Shown here one piece after another: positions 19,391 to 31,316 of a DNA stretch of 64,000 bases. Every line of letters starts with the position of its first letter. Position 1 is the first letter of the stretch. The notes under the pieces are model-generated. The model searched no databases. It saw only the letters and a program-made list of their open reading frames with translations, and was not told the DNA's origin. Origin of the DNA: a candidate division WWE3 bacterium (GTDB lineage: Bacteria > Patescibacteriota > WWE3 > 2-01-FULL-39-13); assembly GCA_943354835.1 (NCBI GenBank), contig CALRDH010000002.1, positions 42,270-106,269 on the forward strand, given 5' to 3'. The position numbers and the translations under genes were made by a program.

Positions 19391-22300
19391 TCAATTAACT
19401 CTGGTATCAGATGGAAGCAAGTCTTTATACTGCGGATGACCTTTTGCTACCAATCTGTGTATGAATTCATTTGCTTTAGATATTGCATCTTGATTTTTGC
19501 TTCCTGTACCAACTTGATAACATTGCTTAATTCTTCTCCCCATGTAGGAACTCCCCAGCCTTTTTTGTCATTTTCAACCATGAGCTCTATGCTGGTAATA
19601 ACTTCCAAAGGATATTCGGGAGCGAGCGTAATAAATCTCTCAACTATAAGATGATCTCCTTCAATGTCACATCCGAGCTTCAAAACCTCAATTAGTTTTT
19701 CCAAGCTCCACTCGTTTTCAAACTTTTCAGAATACACCCACCAGCTAAAGTCTTTGAATTCCTGTATTTCAGCATGGACGTTTTTACCTGCTTTGATTTC
19801 TGTGAGTCTTTTCTCAGCAAGTGCGATAAACTTATCTTTTATTGGAACTGCCATCATTTCACCATTTTTTGCTGATCCTCCAATAAAGTCGATCACTTCT
19901 GCTCTCAACTCCAAAGGAGCAACATCATAAAAGTCTTTCAATAAATCTTTATCCAGAGGAATTTTTCCACGGCAGTAGAAGAGAATGAGATGCTGTGCGA
20001 GATTCTGTTCTGGGTTTTCTAAATGGTGTCTCCCGTCAGTATGCTTACCAATTTCTTCGACTGCTCTTTGATACTGCGGTATGAGCATAGGCATGAAATT
20101 GTCATAAGCAGTATTAAAAGTGATGAAAGTTTCCCATGCTGCATCAAAGTATTTTTGTTTTTCAGGATCATTAGGGAAAATGTCCTTTACATGTTCTTCT
20201 ACCCAAGTAGCATCTAGCCAAGCAAGGTTTCCAAGTCGTTCCCCATACAATGCTCGTATACCAACTGAGGGATCAATTTTTGTATCTAAATGGTCATTCA
20301 ACACCTTCAAAAGCTCTGGGGCATTTTTGTCTATGCTCCAATCTTTTCGTTTATCTTCAGGTACTGAACTCTTCAACCATATACCGTATCTGATGGCAGC
20401 CTGCATTGCGTCTCCTCGGGTAGAACTTATCGCAACTGTTAAAGGATCACGATCTGACTCTAGTTGCTTTGCTTCTTCCTCGGGGGTTGGGTTAGCGTCA
20501 TTTGTCAAAACTTCAATGATCTTCCAAACTTCTTCTTTCAATTCCTGAGGTATTTTTCCTTCCTCTGCATCCAATCCTTCTCTGAGCAATTCTGCAATTG
20601 CTTTCCTGCTCCAATTCCAATCAGGATCATCACCGTAAAAACCAGATAGCTTCCGGTCTTTTACTTCAATCGGCTTTGTCAAAATCGTTACTGAAAGGTC
20701 GAGTATTGGTTTCCAGTCAAAACTTTTATTTTGCCTTAATGCGTCACGATGACCAGTAAAAACAGAACGGACATACGTTGGATCTAAATCCATGAAAGAA
20801 GTAAGGCTCTGCGACCATTTAGCAGGGTCATTTGCTATTTGTGTCACCAAGGCTCTGCTTGTTCCTTCTCGTGAGATATCAAGGGGATCACCTTCTGTTG
20901 GTGGTTCCCATTTTTTAAGAAAATCCACCACTTCGCCAGGTTTCATATCTTTGAATTGTTCGTCAGATATACTGCTCTTATATCCCCAGCTTGATCCACC
21001 TGACCAAGAACGAAAGGAAGGGAATTCAGGTTCTCCAACTACAGACACTAGTTCTTCATAGTATTTTTTCCAATCAGGATCAGTTTCCTTGAAAGGCAGC
21101 AAGTGATACATCTGCCAATTTTTCTTATACTTTGCTACTTGTTCATCTGAGGGTTCTACACCATTCTCCTTGCATCTTGCCTTGTAGGCTTCCATGTCTA
21201 CTTCCACACCTTTCTCAATCCATGACCACAACTCTTTCCTTTGCGCTGTTGATAAAAGGGATGCGTGTGTTTCTGCAAGTAGGAAGTATTCGTGAGTAAG
21301 GCGCTTTTTATCTGCAAACTCCTCCTTGTTCATAAGAAGCTGCGTTATCTTCTTTTCAGAACCCTTTGGGAATAATCGCAGAAGATGCAATACAAGGCGC
21401 TGAAAGACGAGTAGCTTTCGTGGCTCCAATTCCGAAAGGAGTGCTTCTATTTGATCAGGATGGTTCGTAAGATATCTCTCGCAAGCATCTCTCATTCCTG
21501 TTACCAGCACGTCTTTAATGCCGTATTTATGGTTTTGAGAGTGGTCTTCAATGGCTGATCTCCATATCTCAGAGTAGTCATCTTTGGAACCACTTTCCCT
21601 GTCAACATCAGAGTGTTTTATGTAATTCTCATACTGATCGATAAGAACTTTGACTGCATCTATACCCGCAGCATCAACAAAATCAGGAAAATCCTTTTCG
21701 AGTATTTCTTCATAATCGTAATCTCTTATGAGAGGTATCGGATCGTGTGGGATCTTGTGTCCACCATATTCAGGAGCTGGACGAGGATCAGGTTGAATAG
21801 CAAGCACTCTATTGGCGAGTGTTACGGCTTCTTTTACTTTTCCATATAGAGCTAAATATTTGATGAGTTTTCCATATTTCTCAGGGCTCAAAAAATAGTC
21901 GATTTCATCAATACTTTCAACAATCTGAACAGACATTTCTACCGGAAGTAATAATGCTATTTCCAATAACTCAGTTCGTGCTCGTGTGTTTTCTGTTTCC
22001 ACATCAAGACATATGGCCAAGACCTCACTTTGCTTTTGAGGAATTACTGCCATCTTTTTCAAATACAAAGCTTGTGACCAAAAAGGGTAGCTGGTTCCTC
22101 CTTCTGGGTGCTCCATTGGAGGTGGTGGTATCTTGAAAAATCCCGCATCTTTTAGAAGGATCAACCAATTTGGATTATCCAACTTTTCAAAAAAATAATT
22201 GTAGGAAACTGGACTATTTGGCACCTTCTCTTTAAGTTTTTTGACATCATCTGTGGTAACTATTTTTAATTCAACCAACTGATCGAGAATTGCAAAAAAT

Positions 22301-22794
22301 CCTAAATACTTACCCTCCATTTTGTTTAAAACTGCATCAAGGATTATTTGGACACTTTCCCATAAGTCTTTGAAGGAATTGCTTCTGCTTGCAGGAAAAC
22401 CAAGGTTATTTCTATGAACAAAGTGGTATATAGCAATATCATCCTGTTTATTTGCAGTTCGCAACCATAAGCCTGCAATATCACTATCAGAATCTAAGTC
22501 ATAAGCTTCGAGTATTGCTTTAACCTTTTCCTTATGTGACTCTTCTTTCTTTTCACCCTCAGCAGACACTGCAAAGCCCTCTGGAAGTAACATATCAATA
22601 ACTGTTCCCATTACTTCTCTTAAACAGTGGGCAATCAGGTTGGTTTTTGAGTCTTTTGGTGGTTCCTCATCCCACATTCGACAAGCATCCTTAAAAAATC
22701 CAGCAGGGACATGTCCAATTTCCAAAAGTTTTTTGTGTATTCTTTCTTGTCTTGGATCGCTAAATTTAAAAACTTGGGGAGTTTTCGTATTCAT
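19391..22794 (-). CDS. Large ~1120-aa alpha-helical protein, candidate defence gene; probable 1-nt frameshift near 19495
   Basis: Last gene of hsd operon; shifted frame gives ...ANEFIHRLVAKGHPQYKDLL to TGA 19391. Confidence 0.65.
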
Positions 22795-23962
22795 AAGTTG
22801 CGTTGGTGCTTGGCAAAAACGATTTTTGCATTAATGCCTGAAATTGATTTTCCATCTCAGACGACTGAATCAACATTTTTTGTTTAATTGAAACTACTGA
22901 ATTGAATCTATTTACGAAATCTAATTGCTTAGTTATAGGTGGCAAAAGTATCGATAATTTATTTATTTTTCCCAAAAATAAATTTGCTTGACTTGATTGA
23001 TTCACACTTCGCATCATTTCTCTCTGAGAATAATCGGTTCTTAAAAAGTACTCTAAATATTTGGAGAGTATTAAACTTCTATTTGGCTTAATGAGAGCTG
23101 CACTTCTAACAAGTGTAAAAGGCTCGTCGATATCTATAGTTGTCACTCGACCTATCGTTCCAGAGCAAGATATTAATACATCACCCAATTCCGGATTACA
23201 TCTCTTTCGTATTCTCTCGTATTCCACTTCCCCGATATAATCTACACCAGCATTAAAATCTAAATATCCATTTTTAATATTTCTGGCAGATAATAATTTA
23301 ATTCCGTCTATTGTTCTAATCGGCGTAATATGCTCACCATCGGTCACCTTATCAGCAATTTCTTGAATAGTACATTTCTCATATTTGTGCGGATTCATAC
23401 CGGGATTTCCAAACATATCTAAAAAGACAGATTTTAAGTAGTCGTCGAGTAAATCTATTGCTTGCTTGCGTTTTTGGCGAAGTTCGTCTGCTTGATCAAG
23501 AAGTTTTACAATCCTTTTTTGTTCTTCGAGAGGATGTAAAACAAAGCTAAAATTTGAAAAGGTTGTTTTATTTACAATTGGAACTACAGCGCTATTGGCA
23601 ACTTGCTTTAACAAAGGTGCTAATGTTAATGCAAAATAGTACCCATATTTATAGTTAACTAATTTTGGATTAAATGTTAAAGAATTAATTTGCTGATTAG
23701 TGACTAAGTCACAACCCGCTATACCTACCTTGCCAAGAGATCCAATACAGGAAACCATTATAGAATTTTTTGGTATTAAATTAGCTTGTTTTGCTCCATC
23801 TGTTGTAAGATATTCTTCTGTTGAAGTAATTTCTACAGCACCTCCCAAATTTGGTGGTTTTACAAACGGAATAGTTCCATCGAGATAGTAAATGTTTGAC
23901 GATTTACTTGGTGTTTTTCCAGTAGTGACTTGAGCTATGTCTCCAAGCTTTACAATTCTCAT
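22766..23962 (-). CDS. hsdS: Type I RM specificity subunit
   Basis: Two TRDs with PLEEQKRIVKLLD and PPITKQLDF conserved helices. Confidence 0.93.
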   Translation of the reverse strand: MRIVKLGDIAQVTTGKTPSKSSNIYYLDGTIPFVKPPNLGGAVEITSTEEYLTTDGAKQANLIPKNSIMVSCIGSLGKVGIAGCDLVTNQQINSLTFNPKLVNYKYGYYFALTLAPLLKQVANSAVVPIVNKTTFSNFSFVLHPLEEQKRIVKLLDQADELRQKRKQAIDLLDDYLKSVFLDMFGNPGMNPHKYEKCTIQEIADKVTDGEHITPIRTIDGIKLLSARNIKNGYLDFNAGVDYIGEVEYERIRKRCNPELGDVLISCSGTIGRVTTIDIDEPFTLVRSAALIKPNRSLILSKYLEYFLRTDYSQREMMRSVNQSSQANLFLGKINKLSILLPPITKQLDFVNRFNSVVSIKQKMLIQSSEMENQFQALMQKSFLPSTNATYEYENSPSF

Positions 23963-24501
23963 TGTTTAATTTGTTTCAAAACTGAGATTCCATTTAATAT
24001 TTCTTGTTCCAATTTTTCAATCTTTTCTAAAATTACTTTTGGATCTTCGTATACAACTTCTTCATAATTACTTTCTTTATATCTATTAATACTCAAGTCA
24101 AATTTTGCATCTTCAATTTCCTTTTTAGGTACATAAAAAAACTTACTCCTTCTATCGTTTTCAGTAATTGCTTTTCTTGATTCCCATTTTTCTACGATAT
24201 CTGGAATATCGTTATCTTTAATCTTTGCACGCTTATCATCGAGACTGAAGCCATCCGCCTGCATGTCATAAAACCACACTTTTTCAGTTTCCCCACCTTT
24301 TACAAATATCAGAATTGCAGTGCTGACTCCTGCATATGGCTTAAATACACCACTTGGAAGAGAGATAACACCTTGCAACTCACAATCATTTAAAAGCATT
24401 TTTCGTGCCATTACATGCGCATTGCTCGAGCCAAAAAGCACACCATCAGGAACAATTACGCCAGCACGACCACCAATTTTAAGGGATTTAATAATCCTGT
24501 T

Positions 24502-25231
24502 GGGGCTAGTGAAGTTAAAGCGGTATAATGAATCGCAATGGCATCATCTATCAACCTAAATAGCTACTACAAACGTTCACGAATTTCCGAGCGTCAATTT
24601 CGAGTGTTTGTGAAGCATTTTTGCTTCGATGACACAGCTGAAAGAATTGCGAATGAAGTAGGTATTTCACGAAGAGCTACCATTACTTTGCTTGCAAAAA
24701 TGCGGAATAGGATACTCGAGTGGTGTGATGAAGAAGAACGACTGAGTGGCGAAATTGAAGTGGATGAGAGTTATTTTGGTGCCAGGAGAGTTCGAGGAAA
24801 ACGTGGGCGAGGCGCTTCTGGGAAAGTGCCAGTCATTGGTTTACTCAAGAGAAATGGCAAAGTCTACACGCAAGTAGTTCAAAACTGTTCTCGAGAACAA
24901 TTGCTGCCAATTATCCAAGGAAAAGTATTGTCTGAAAGCACAGTTTTTACTGACGCATGGCGCAGTTATGACAGTTTGATCTTACATGGGTATGATCACT
25001 ACCGAATCCACCACCATGAAAATGAGTTTTCTCGAGGAAAAAACCACATCAATGGCATTGAAAGTTTCTGGAGTTTTACCAAAGCCAGATTACTCAAGAT
25101 GAAAGGAGTGCGAAAAGACAAATTCGTGCTACACTTAAAGGAATCTGAGTTTCGTTGGAATTACCGAAAAAGTATGTACCAAGAAATTCTCAAAAGATTG
25201 AGGAAAATTCCGCTTTAACTTCACTAGCCCC
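24502..25231 (+). mobile_element. IS1595-family (IS1016-like) insertion sequence, 730 bp
   Basis: Perfect 22-bp TIRs GGGGCTAGTGAAGTTAAAGCGG; 7-bp TSD TCCTGTT (24495-24501, 25232-25238). Confidence 0.96.
24538..25218 (+). CDS. IS1595/ISXO2-like DDE transposase
   Basis: GEIEVDESYFG, VFTDAWRSY, HINGIESFWS, HLKESEFRWN. Confidence 0.95.
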   Translation: MASSINLNSYYKRSRISERQFRVFVKHFCFDDTAERIANEVGISRRATITLLAKMRNRILEWCDEEERLSGEIEVDESYFGARRVRGKRGRGASGKVPVIGLLKRNGKVYTQVVQNCSREQLLPIIQGKVLSESTVFTDAWRSYDSLILHGYDHYRIHHHENEFSRGKNHINGIESFWSFTKARLLKMKGVRKDKFVLHLKESEFRWNYRKSMYQEILKRLRKIPL

Positions 25232-26211
25232 TCCTGTTTATAAATAGAAGTTCTGTCTTGGTAGTAGGTAATGACAATGATTCGTTAATATCGCCTTTAT
25301 CAATACTCCCTTTAAATGGGGGATTGGCCATAATGACATCGAAATAATTATCTTCGTCATATTTTTTAGAAAGTGTATCTTTTTGCTCAATATTTGGTGA
25401 AGATATACCATGCATCATGAGGTTCATAAGTCCAATGCGCACCATACTATCGTCCATGTCGTAACCAAAAAAAGTATTTTCTTTTAACTGTTTCCACTGT
25501 CTTTCATCTGTTAGCTTATCGCCAAGTGTGCCTCTGGTAAGTCCGTTCTCATCTGTTTTTTGATGCTCTTTACTTGTGTGTTGAGTAAGAATGTGTTGAT
25601 ACGCCCCAAGCAAAAACCCACCAGTGCCACAGGCTGGATCACAAATGGTATCTCCAAGCTTTGGGTTTACTAGCTCACAAATAAGCTGAATGATATGTCT
25701 TGGAGTTCTAAACTGTCCAAGTTTGCCCGCACTTGTTATCTCTGCAAGCAAATGCTCGTATATATCTCCCTGTGTATCTTGAAATGCTTGTCCAGCATCT
25801 TGTTGTTTGGCGATATCCTCAAAAATCTCATCAATAATGCTAACTGCCTCAACAACAAGAGAGGGCTTAGAGATAATAAAAACGGCATTTCCCATGTGTT
25901 TAGAAAAGTTGCTGTTATCAGAGTTTAAATTCTTTAAAAAAGGGAAAACTTTTGTCTGAATATGAGTAAGCATTTCAGAGCCCTCCATATGTCTAAAATG
26001 ACTCCAACGCATTACTTCATTTTCGCCTGCAAAAATAGATTTATATGCTTCTCCCGTAAATTCTGAGTCCTGAACTTTTTTTAGATCCATCTGATCAAGT
26101 CGTTTCATGAAAAGAAGATATGAGATCTGCTCGATAGCAGTAAGTGGATTTGAAATACCACCGCTCCAAAATTTATCCCAAAGTCTATCTATGGATGATT
26201 TGATTGTTGTA

Positions 26212-29022
26212 TTAAGCATAAGCAAATATTTGTTCTGTAAATTGTAAAATTTCTCGTTGCATATGTTTATCAAATAACCCTAAAAATCCATTTTCATGAA
26301 TTTTGGTGAATGGCTCTTGTACGAGGTCTTTTTTATTGAGTGCTCCATTCTCGATGATAAAGGTTTGCAAAGTAGTCAAAAACTGAATTTGCTTTGCAGT
26401 AAGGGTGTTATGTGTTGCAATAAATGTTGCAAAAGCTTCTGTGACTTTTTCAGGAAAAGTTACAAGTTCACCAATCCCCATGATGTATTTAATAAGATCA
26501 AGAAAGCCAACTTTTCTAGCATCATACGCTTTTTGTAAGTTTTCTTCTGTAGGATACGGATCGTATTCAGACAGTGCTTCTGCAAGATCTTCAATTTCTT
26601 CTGCAGTTATACTTTCTCCCTGTTTAATTTTCTGTAGTGTTTCATTTTCTTCTTCTAGTTTTTTGACAAGAGCCTCAACTTTTTCTCTATATTTTTGAAT
26701 GGTGATTCTTTCATTAGAAGGACCAAACTTGATGTACATTTTTTCTGAAGTGACATCTTTTAAGTTGAAAGAGTCTTGCTTTGGCTTAATTCCCTCGTCT
26801 CGATACTTCATGAGAGGACATATCTTCTCGATGACTATATTTAGTTCATCTTCACCAGCGTTTGATAGATATCCTCCGTTTAGTATGGCCTCAATTAACG
26901 CTTCTTGCTTTGCAACGATATTAACGGTTAGTGGAAGGTCAGAGACTATTTCAATCAGTGCTTCTCCTGTTGTTGCAAGCTTCTTCTCATCCCTTTCATC
27001 TCCTTGCAACTTGATGATAGAGTAGCGAATCACTTTTATCTCAAAACTCATTGCTTTGTAGTCTTCACCTGTTCGAGTTCTCATTAGTGGCGCAATCTCC
27101 TTGAGAAGGAAATCTTTTTTATCTTGAGTGAGTCGTTGCCAAAAAGATTCATTTACTTGCGCAAGGAGTTCTTTATTGTCCAAAATAACTACATTATTTT
27201 GTGGAAGTTTTGCAATTTCTTGCTGTAATTTTGCAATACAATCAGCAACGACTGCTTCATTTCCTACATTTTGTGCAAGCTCAAGTTTTTCAAGTCGTGC
27301 TTCAAAAAGTCGTACTGGCATAGGTTTTGTAGGTCTATCAATCTTCCCCGTTGGATTCATCTGAAAGTATTCAAAATTCTCCCAGCAGTCCATGATTAAA
27401 AACTTATCCTTTTTCTTGCACCAAGGTTTGATTTTCTTAGCTTCAAGTAAGCGTGTGCCACGTCCAATCATTTGCCAAAACTTTGTATACGAAAAAACAG
27501 GCTTAGCAAACACCAGATTCACAAGCTCTCGAATATCAATGCCTGTATCAAGCATGTCTACGCTTATGGCAATTCTTGGAAAATCATTATTTATAAATTG
27601 ATCAAGCAAACCACCCTTGCCATAAACCCTAGAATCATCCGACACAATTACTTTGGCTAAATTTCCCTTATGTTCTGGGTACAGATCATCAAAAACTTCT
27701 TGCAATCTTCTGGCATGTTTCATGGTCATAGCAAAAAAGATTGATTTTCCCGGTAATGTACCGCTTTCATCCTTGATAGATTCTTCCATGAATTCTTGTA
27801 CTATAAGAGCGTTTGTTCCTTTGTTTGTTACCTTTTTTTCAATATCCGTACCCTCATAATTAATTTCCTCTGGTTCTTTGCCATCAGCTAATAATTTTTG
27901 TTGTTCCCCAACAGAAATATTATCTTTACGAATACCTTCTTTTTGAAATTTTGTTCTTATCTTCAAAACTTCGTAATCACTAAGATATGGGGGGATATTA
28001 TTTATAGCTTCCTCGTAGGAGTAAGCAAAAGTAGGCAATCCATCCTCACATTCAAAAAGCCCAAAAGTATTATGTTCTACTGCATCTTTAGGAGTAGCTG
28101 TTAATCCTAGCTGTATGGAATCAAAATAATCAAATATGTTTTTATATACATTGTAGATCGATCTGTGACTTTCATCGGCAATTATTAGATCAAAGAAGTG
28201 GGGGCTTAATGGACAATCTTCTTTCTCAATAATATTGAGCATTGTTGGATATGTCGCGGAGTAAACTCGTCTATCGGTTTGAATATCAGTCTCACCAATT
28301 TTTGGCCAGATTGGTGCATTAGGTAAATACTCTTTAAACGCATCTAGTGCCTGATTGCGAAGAGCAATTCTATCGACTAAAAATAATACTTTTTGAATTC
28401 TATTTGCTCGCATCAGCACATCAATCATCGACACGGCGGTTCTTGTCTTACCAGTACCCGTAGCCATTACTAAAAGAGCTTTCCTTTTGCCTTTATCTAA
28501 GGTCTCAAATACTGATCTAATTGCCTCAATTTGATACGGTCGTCCAGAAATCTCTCTATTAATTAGTTCTTGAGATAATGGCTTTTCATTTTTTCTTTGA
28601 AAAAGAAGTCTTTCTAAATCTTTTTTACTTGGAAAGCCATGAACTTTTCTAGGTGGCGACTTTTCTGTATCCCAAAAGTAAATGTCATGTCCATTCGTAT
28701 AAAAAACAAACGGCATTTCTTTACCAGAATTTTTTTGAATATTAACTGCGTACTGTTTAGCTTGTTCTTGACCAACTCGAGCATCTCTAGAAGTCTTTTT
28801 TGCTTCTACTACTGCAAGAGGATACCCATCATCACCTAGTAGAACATAATCTGCATACTGAAACCCTTGGTGTTCATGTTCTGGCTCAGTAATACCTTCA
28901 GGCAAACCTACCCAAATATCCAACTCTGAAGTTACCTGTGAAGGATTACCAATGTCCCAACCAGCTTTTAACAGCCGTTTATCAATTATTTCTTGTCTTG
29001 TTTTTGCTTCTGTAGGACTCAT
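26212..29022 (-). CDS. hsdR: Type I RM restriction subunit
   Basis: ADYVL...VVEAKK nuclease, MATGTGKT, IADESHRS, QMIGRGTR helicase motifs. Confidence 0.95.
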   Translation of the reverse strand: MSPTEAKTRQEIIDKRLLKAGWDIGNPSQVTSELDIWVGLPEGITEPEHEHQGFQYADYVLLGDDGYPLAVVEAKKTSRDARVGQEQAKQYAVNIQKNSGKEMPFVFYTNGHDIYFWDTEKSPPRKVHGFPSKKDLERLLFQRKNEKPLSQELINREISGRPYQIEAIRSVFETLDKGKRKALLVMATGTGKTRTAVSMIDVLMRANRIQKVLFLVDRIALRNQALDAFKEYLPNAPIWPKIGETDIQTDRRVYSATYPTMLNIIEKEDCPLSPHFFDLIIADESHRSIYNVYKNIFDYFDSIQLGLTATPKDAVEHNTFGLFECEDGLPTFAYSYEEAINNIPPYLSDYEVLKIRTKFQKEGIRKDNISVGEQQKLLADGKEPEEINYEGTDIEKKVTNKGTNALIVQEFMEESIKDESGTLPGKSIFFAMTMKHARRLQEVFDDLYPEHKGNLAKVIVSDDSRVYGKGGLLDQFINNDFPRIAISVDMLDTGIDIRELVNLVFAKPVFSYTKFWQMIGRGTRLLEAKKIKPWCKKKDKFLIMDCWENFEYFQMNPTGKIDRPTKPMPVRLFEARLEKLELAQNVGNEAVVADCIAKLQQEIAKLPQNNVVILDNKELLAQVNESFWQRLTQDKKDFLLKEIAPLMRTRTGEDYKAMSFEIKVIRYSIIKLQGDERDEKKLATTGEALIEIVSDLPLTVNIVAKQEALIEAILNGGYLSNAGEDELNIVIEKICPLMKYRDEGIKPKQDSFNLKDVTSEKMYIKFGPSNERITIQKYREKVEALVKKLEEENETLQKIKQGESITAEEIEDLAEALSEYDPYPTEENLQKAYDARKVGFLDLIKYIMGIGELVTFPEKVTEAFATFIATHNTLTAKQIQFLTTLQTFIIENGALNKKDLVQEPFTKIHENGFLGLFDKHMQREILQFTEQIFAYA

Positions 29023-29173
29023 ATGTAGGATTAGATACTAAATCACTCAATTTGCACAACTATATTTTACCGTAAATATCATCAAATACCTCAGGGTATT
29101 CTTGTTACACTCGGCTCAAAGCTGATTTTACTCCTAAAATCTATATATTAGCTAGTGAATCAACAAATTATGG

Positions 29174-29202
29174 TTGACATAAAGATATTCAGTTTATATA
29201 AT
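29174..29202 (+). promoter_or_regulatory. Consensus sigma70 promoter of the transfer operon
   Basis: TTGACA-17 bp-TATAAT, 57 nt upstream of the pilin-like gene. Confidence 0.8.
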
Positions 29203-29259
29203 TCGATCACTTTATAGTATTTCGTTATAAGTTTCCCTACCCAGAGAAAAATAAAATAT

Positions 29260-29544
29260 ATGGGCAACAATATTCCAGGATACGACAGCGCGCAACCTAT
29301 TCAGTTCGCCAACTTAGACAGTCTGCTATGGGGTGTTGTAAAAACTCTCCAGTATTTTTCACTTCCAGTTATGGCTCTTTCAATTGCAGCACTTGGCATT
29401 GCGTTAATCGCTAGTGGTGATGACACAGAGAGAAAATCCAGACTCAAAGGATGGATATTTAATATATTGATTGGTGGTCTTTTAGTCTTTGGGTCAGCCA
29501 GTATAGCAAGTATTCTTAAACAATTTGTTGGTGGCACAAACTAA
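29260..29544 (+). CDS. VirB2/TrbC-like pilin
   Basis: 94 aa, two hydrophobic helices joined by SGDDTERKSRLK; first gene of T4SS-like operon. Confidence 0.65.
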   Translation: MGNNIPGYDSAQPIQFANLDSLLWGVVKTLQYFSLPVMALSIAALGIALIASGDDTERKSRLKGWIFNILIGGLLVFGSASIASILKQFVGGTN

Positions 29545-29573
29545 AAAGACTAACATTCGTAATTGTTAGCTTT

Positions 29574-31316
29574 ATGAAACATTTGATACTAGTATGCACG
29601 ATCATACTCATATCGATTTTCTTAGCACCGCCTGCCTCTGCACAAGAAGATCAAGAAAACTCAGACCCTGACCCTCAAATCACTTGGACTAATGAGTTTG
29701 CTGTAGAAGACGACTCATCCAGTGTTATTTCCTTACTTAAAAACTTTGTAAATGGCTTTGATTCACTCCTTGGTGGCTTTATCTTCTATACACCAGATCC
29801 ACTGGCAGAAACTATCACGCTCAAAGACGGCTCGGCAATCCCTGGAGTCACACACTACAGAAATATTTTTTATCAGATCGCTATTCCTATACTTGCCATC
29901 ATTATTTCGTTTATCGCCATCACCAAAATAGGTTCTGACAACACCTATGAGCTCAAGTCATTTGCTGTGCGACTACTGATGGTCGTTGTGCTGTTTTTGA
30001 CTGTTCCGCATGCACTTTCCTACTCTGTGCAGTTTAATAACTTGCTTGTTACTAAAATCTCAGAAACACAGCAGTTTACTGGCTTTCTAGATGACTACTT
30101 CGAAAAATCCCAAGAAAGAATAGATGCCAATGAAAGTTCTGAAAAATTTGGTATTCCTTCTTTTGACATCGCCCTTCGTGGCGGGATTTTTAAATCACTC
30201 GGTAAGTTTATTGTGCAGGTCTTTTTATTTGCCATCACCTTTTTATTTCTCCTATGTGGGTTTTTGTATCTAGGCTTTCAATTTGTCATTCGTTTTTCAA
30301 CCCTACTGTTTTTAGGAGTGATTTACCCCATTGTGATTCCGTTTGCTCTTGCAGAAAGAACACAATCCATTGTCCAAACCTTTTTCAAAACTTGGTTCAC
30401 CTTTCTGATACAACAACCTGCCTTTGTGCTTGGTTTTGCTATCGCAACAGATATTTTCAGAAGTATTTTAGAATCTCAGGGACCAAGTGTTGGTATGTTG
30501 TTTTTCTACACTGGTTTTTTGTTTTTCCTTGGTGGAGTAAACATGTTGGTGGCTCGCATATTTGGTGATGCCTGGTCTGCTATGTCAAATAACATGATGG
30601 CCGCTGTCTCATCACGAAGCATAATGTCGCCAGTTTCTTCAAGTATTGGTGACTTCAAAAAAGGTGTGACTGGAAGCAAAAGTTTTAGTACTGCCCTGGG
30701 TAACCAGATACGCAATCGATTTTTGACCAAACAATCTACCTCAGAGTTTAACAACTTATCAAACACTGAAAACAAAAACTATACCGCAAACAATGCGGGG
30801 AGTGAGTATAAGGTGCAAACAGCTACAGAACCTCAAGCTCCGTTTTCACAAAAACTTACGCACAAAGGATTTGCCGTTCAAGCAGAAAATTCCAAACAAG
30901 GAATAGTTTCTGTTTCTGGTACTGCATACAAGCACGATGGTGCTCAGGGGTTATCTACATACTACCCAACAATGATAGAAGCCGTTCAAGACGGAGTGCC
31001 ACAAGACAAGCTTAAGCAAGTTGAGTTTGATCATGAAAAATTTATTGATCTTTCTAGTTTTAATAAACTGCATCCCAATCCGCATAACTTCAACGCCATG
31101 CAAGAGGCAAAAAAACAAGGCAAAGAGATCGACTACGCCTATATCAAGGAATCAAGTCCAGTCCACAAAGTACGGCAATTCTTGGAACTTTCAGAAAACC
31201 GCAATCAAGCATTTGGAGTCAAAGGGGTAATAGTAGAACGACACGCCAAAAAAGGCACAGATCCAGTTATCAGGCTGTATACCAAAAAATCATATGAGAA
31301 ACATACGAATATATAA
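29574..31316 (+). CDS. VirB6/TrbL-like polytopic membrane protein with long soluble tail
   Basis: Signal peptide, ~7 TM helices, position between pilin and PrgI/VirB4. Confidence 0.6.
   Translation: MKHLILVCTIILISIFLAPPASAQEDQENSDPDPQITWTNEFAVEDDSSSVISLLKNFVNGFDSLLGGFIFYTPDPLAETITLKDGSAIPGVTHYRNIFYQIAIPILAIIISFIAITKIGSDNTYELKSFAVRLLMVVVLFLTVPHALSYSVQFNNLLVTKISETQQFTGFLDDYFEKSQERIDANESSEKFGIPSFDIALRGGIFKSLGKFIVQVFLFAITFLFLLCGFLYLGFQFVIRFSTLLFLGVIYPIVIPFALAERTQSIVQTFFKTWFTFLIQQPAFVLGFAIATDIFRSILESQGPSVGMLFFYTGFLFFLGGVNMLVARIFGDAWSAMSNNMMAAVSSRSIMSPVSSSIGDFKKGVTGSKSFSTALGNQIRNRFLTKQSTSEFNNLSNTENKNYTANNAGSEYKVQTATEPQAPFSQKLTHKGFAVQAENSKQGIVSVSGTAYKHDGAQGLSTYYPTMIEAVQDGVPQDKLKQVEFDHEKFIDLSSFNKLHPNPHNFNAMQEAKKQGKEIDYAYIKESSPVHKVRQFLELSENRNQAFGVKGVIVERHAKKGTDPVIRLYTKKSYEKHTNI

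Larger units (their letters stand above)
23959..26219 (-). pseudogene. hsdM: Type I RM methyltransferase interrupted by IS
   Basis: GQFRTPRH, DPACGTGGFL, NPPF; removing the IS and one TSD restores ...LFINRIIKSLKIGGRAGVIVPDGVLFG in frame. Confidence 0.95.

Noticed and set aside
26296-28839. Series of plus-strand ORFs opposite hsdR (likewise opposite the 1115-aa gene, nhaD, pheST, rplT)
   Set aside because: Antisense shadow frames of well-supported genes, with no motifs
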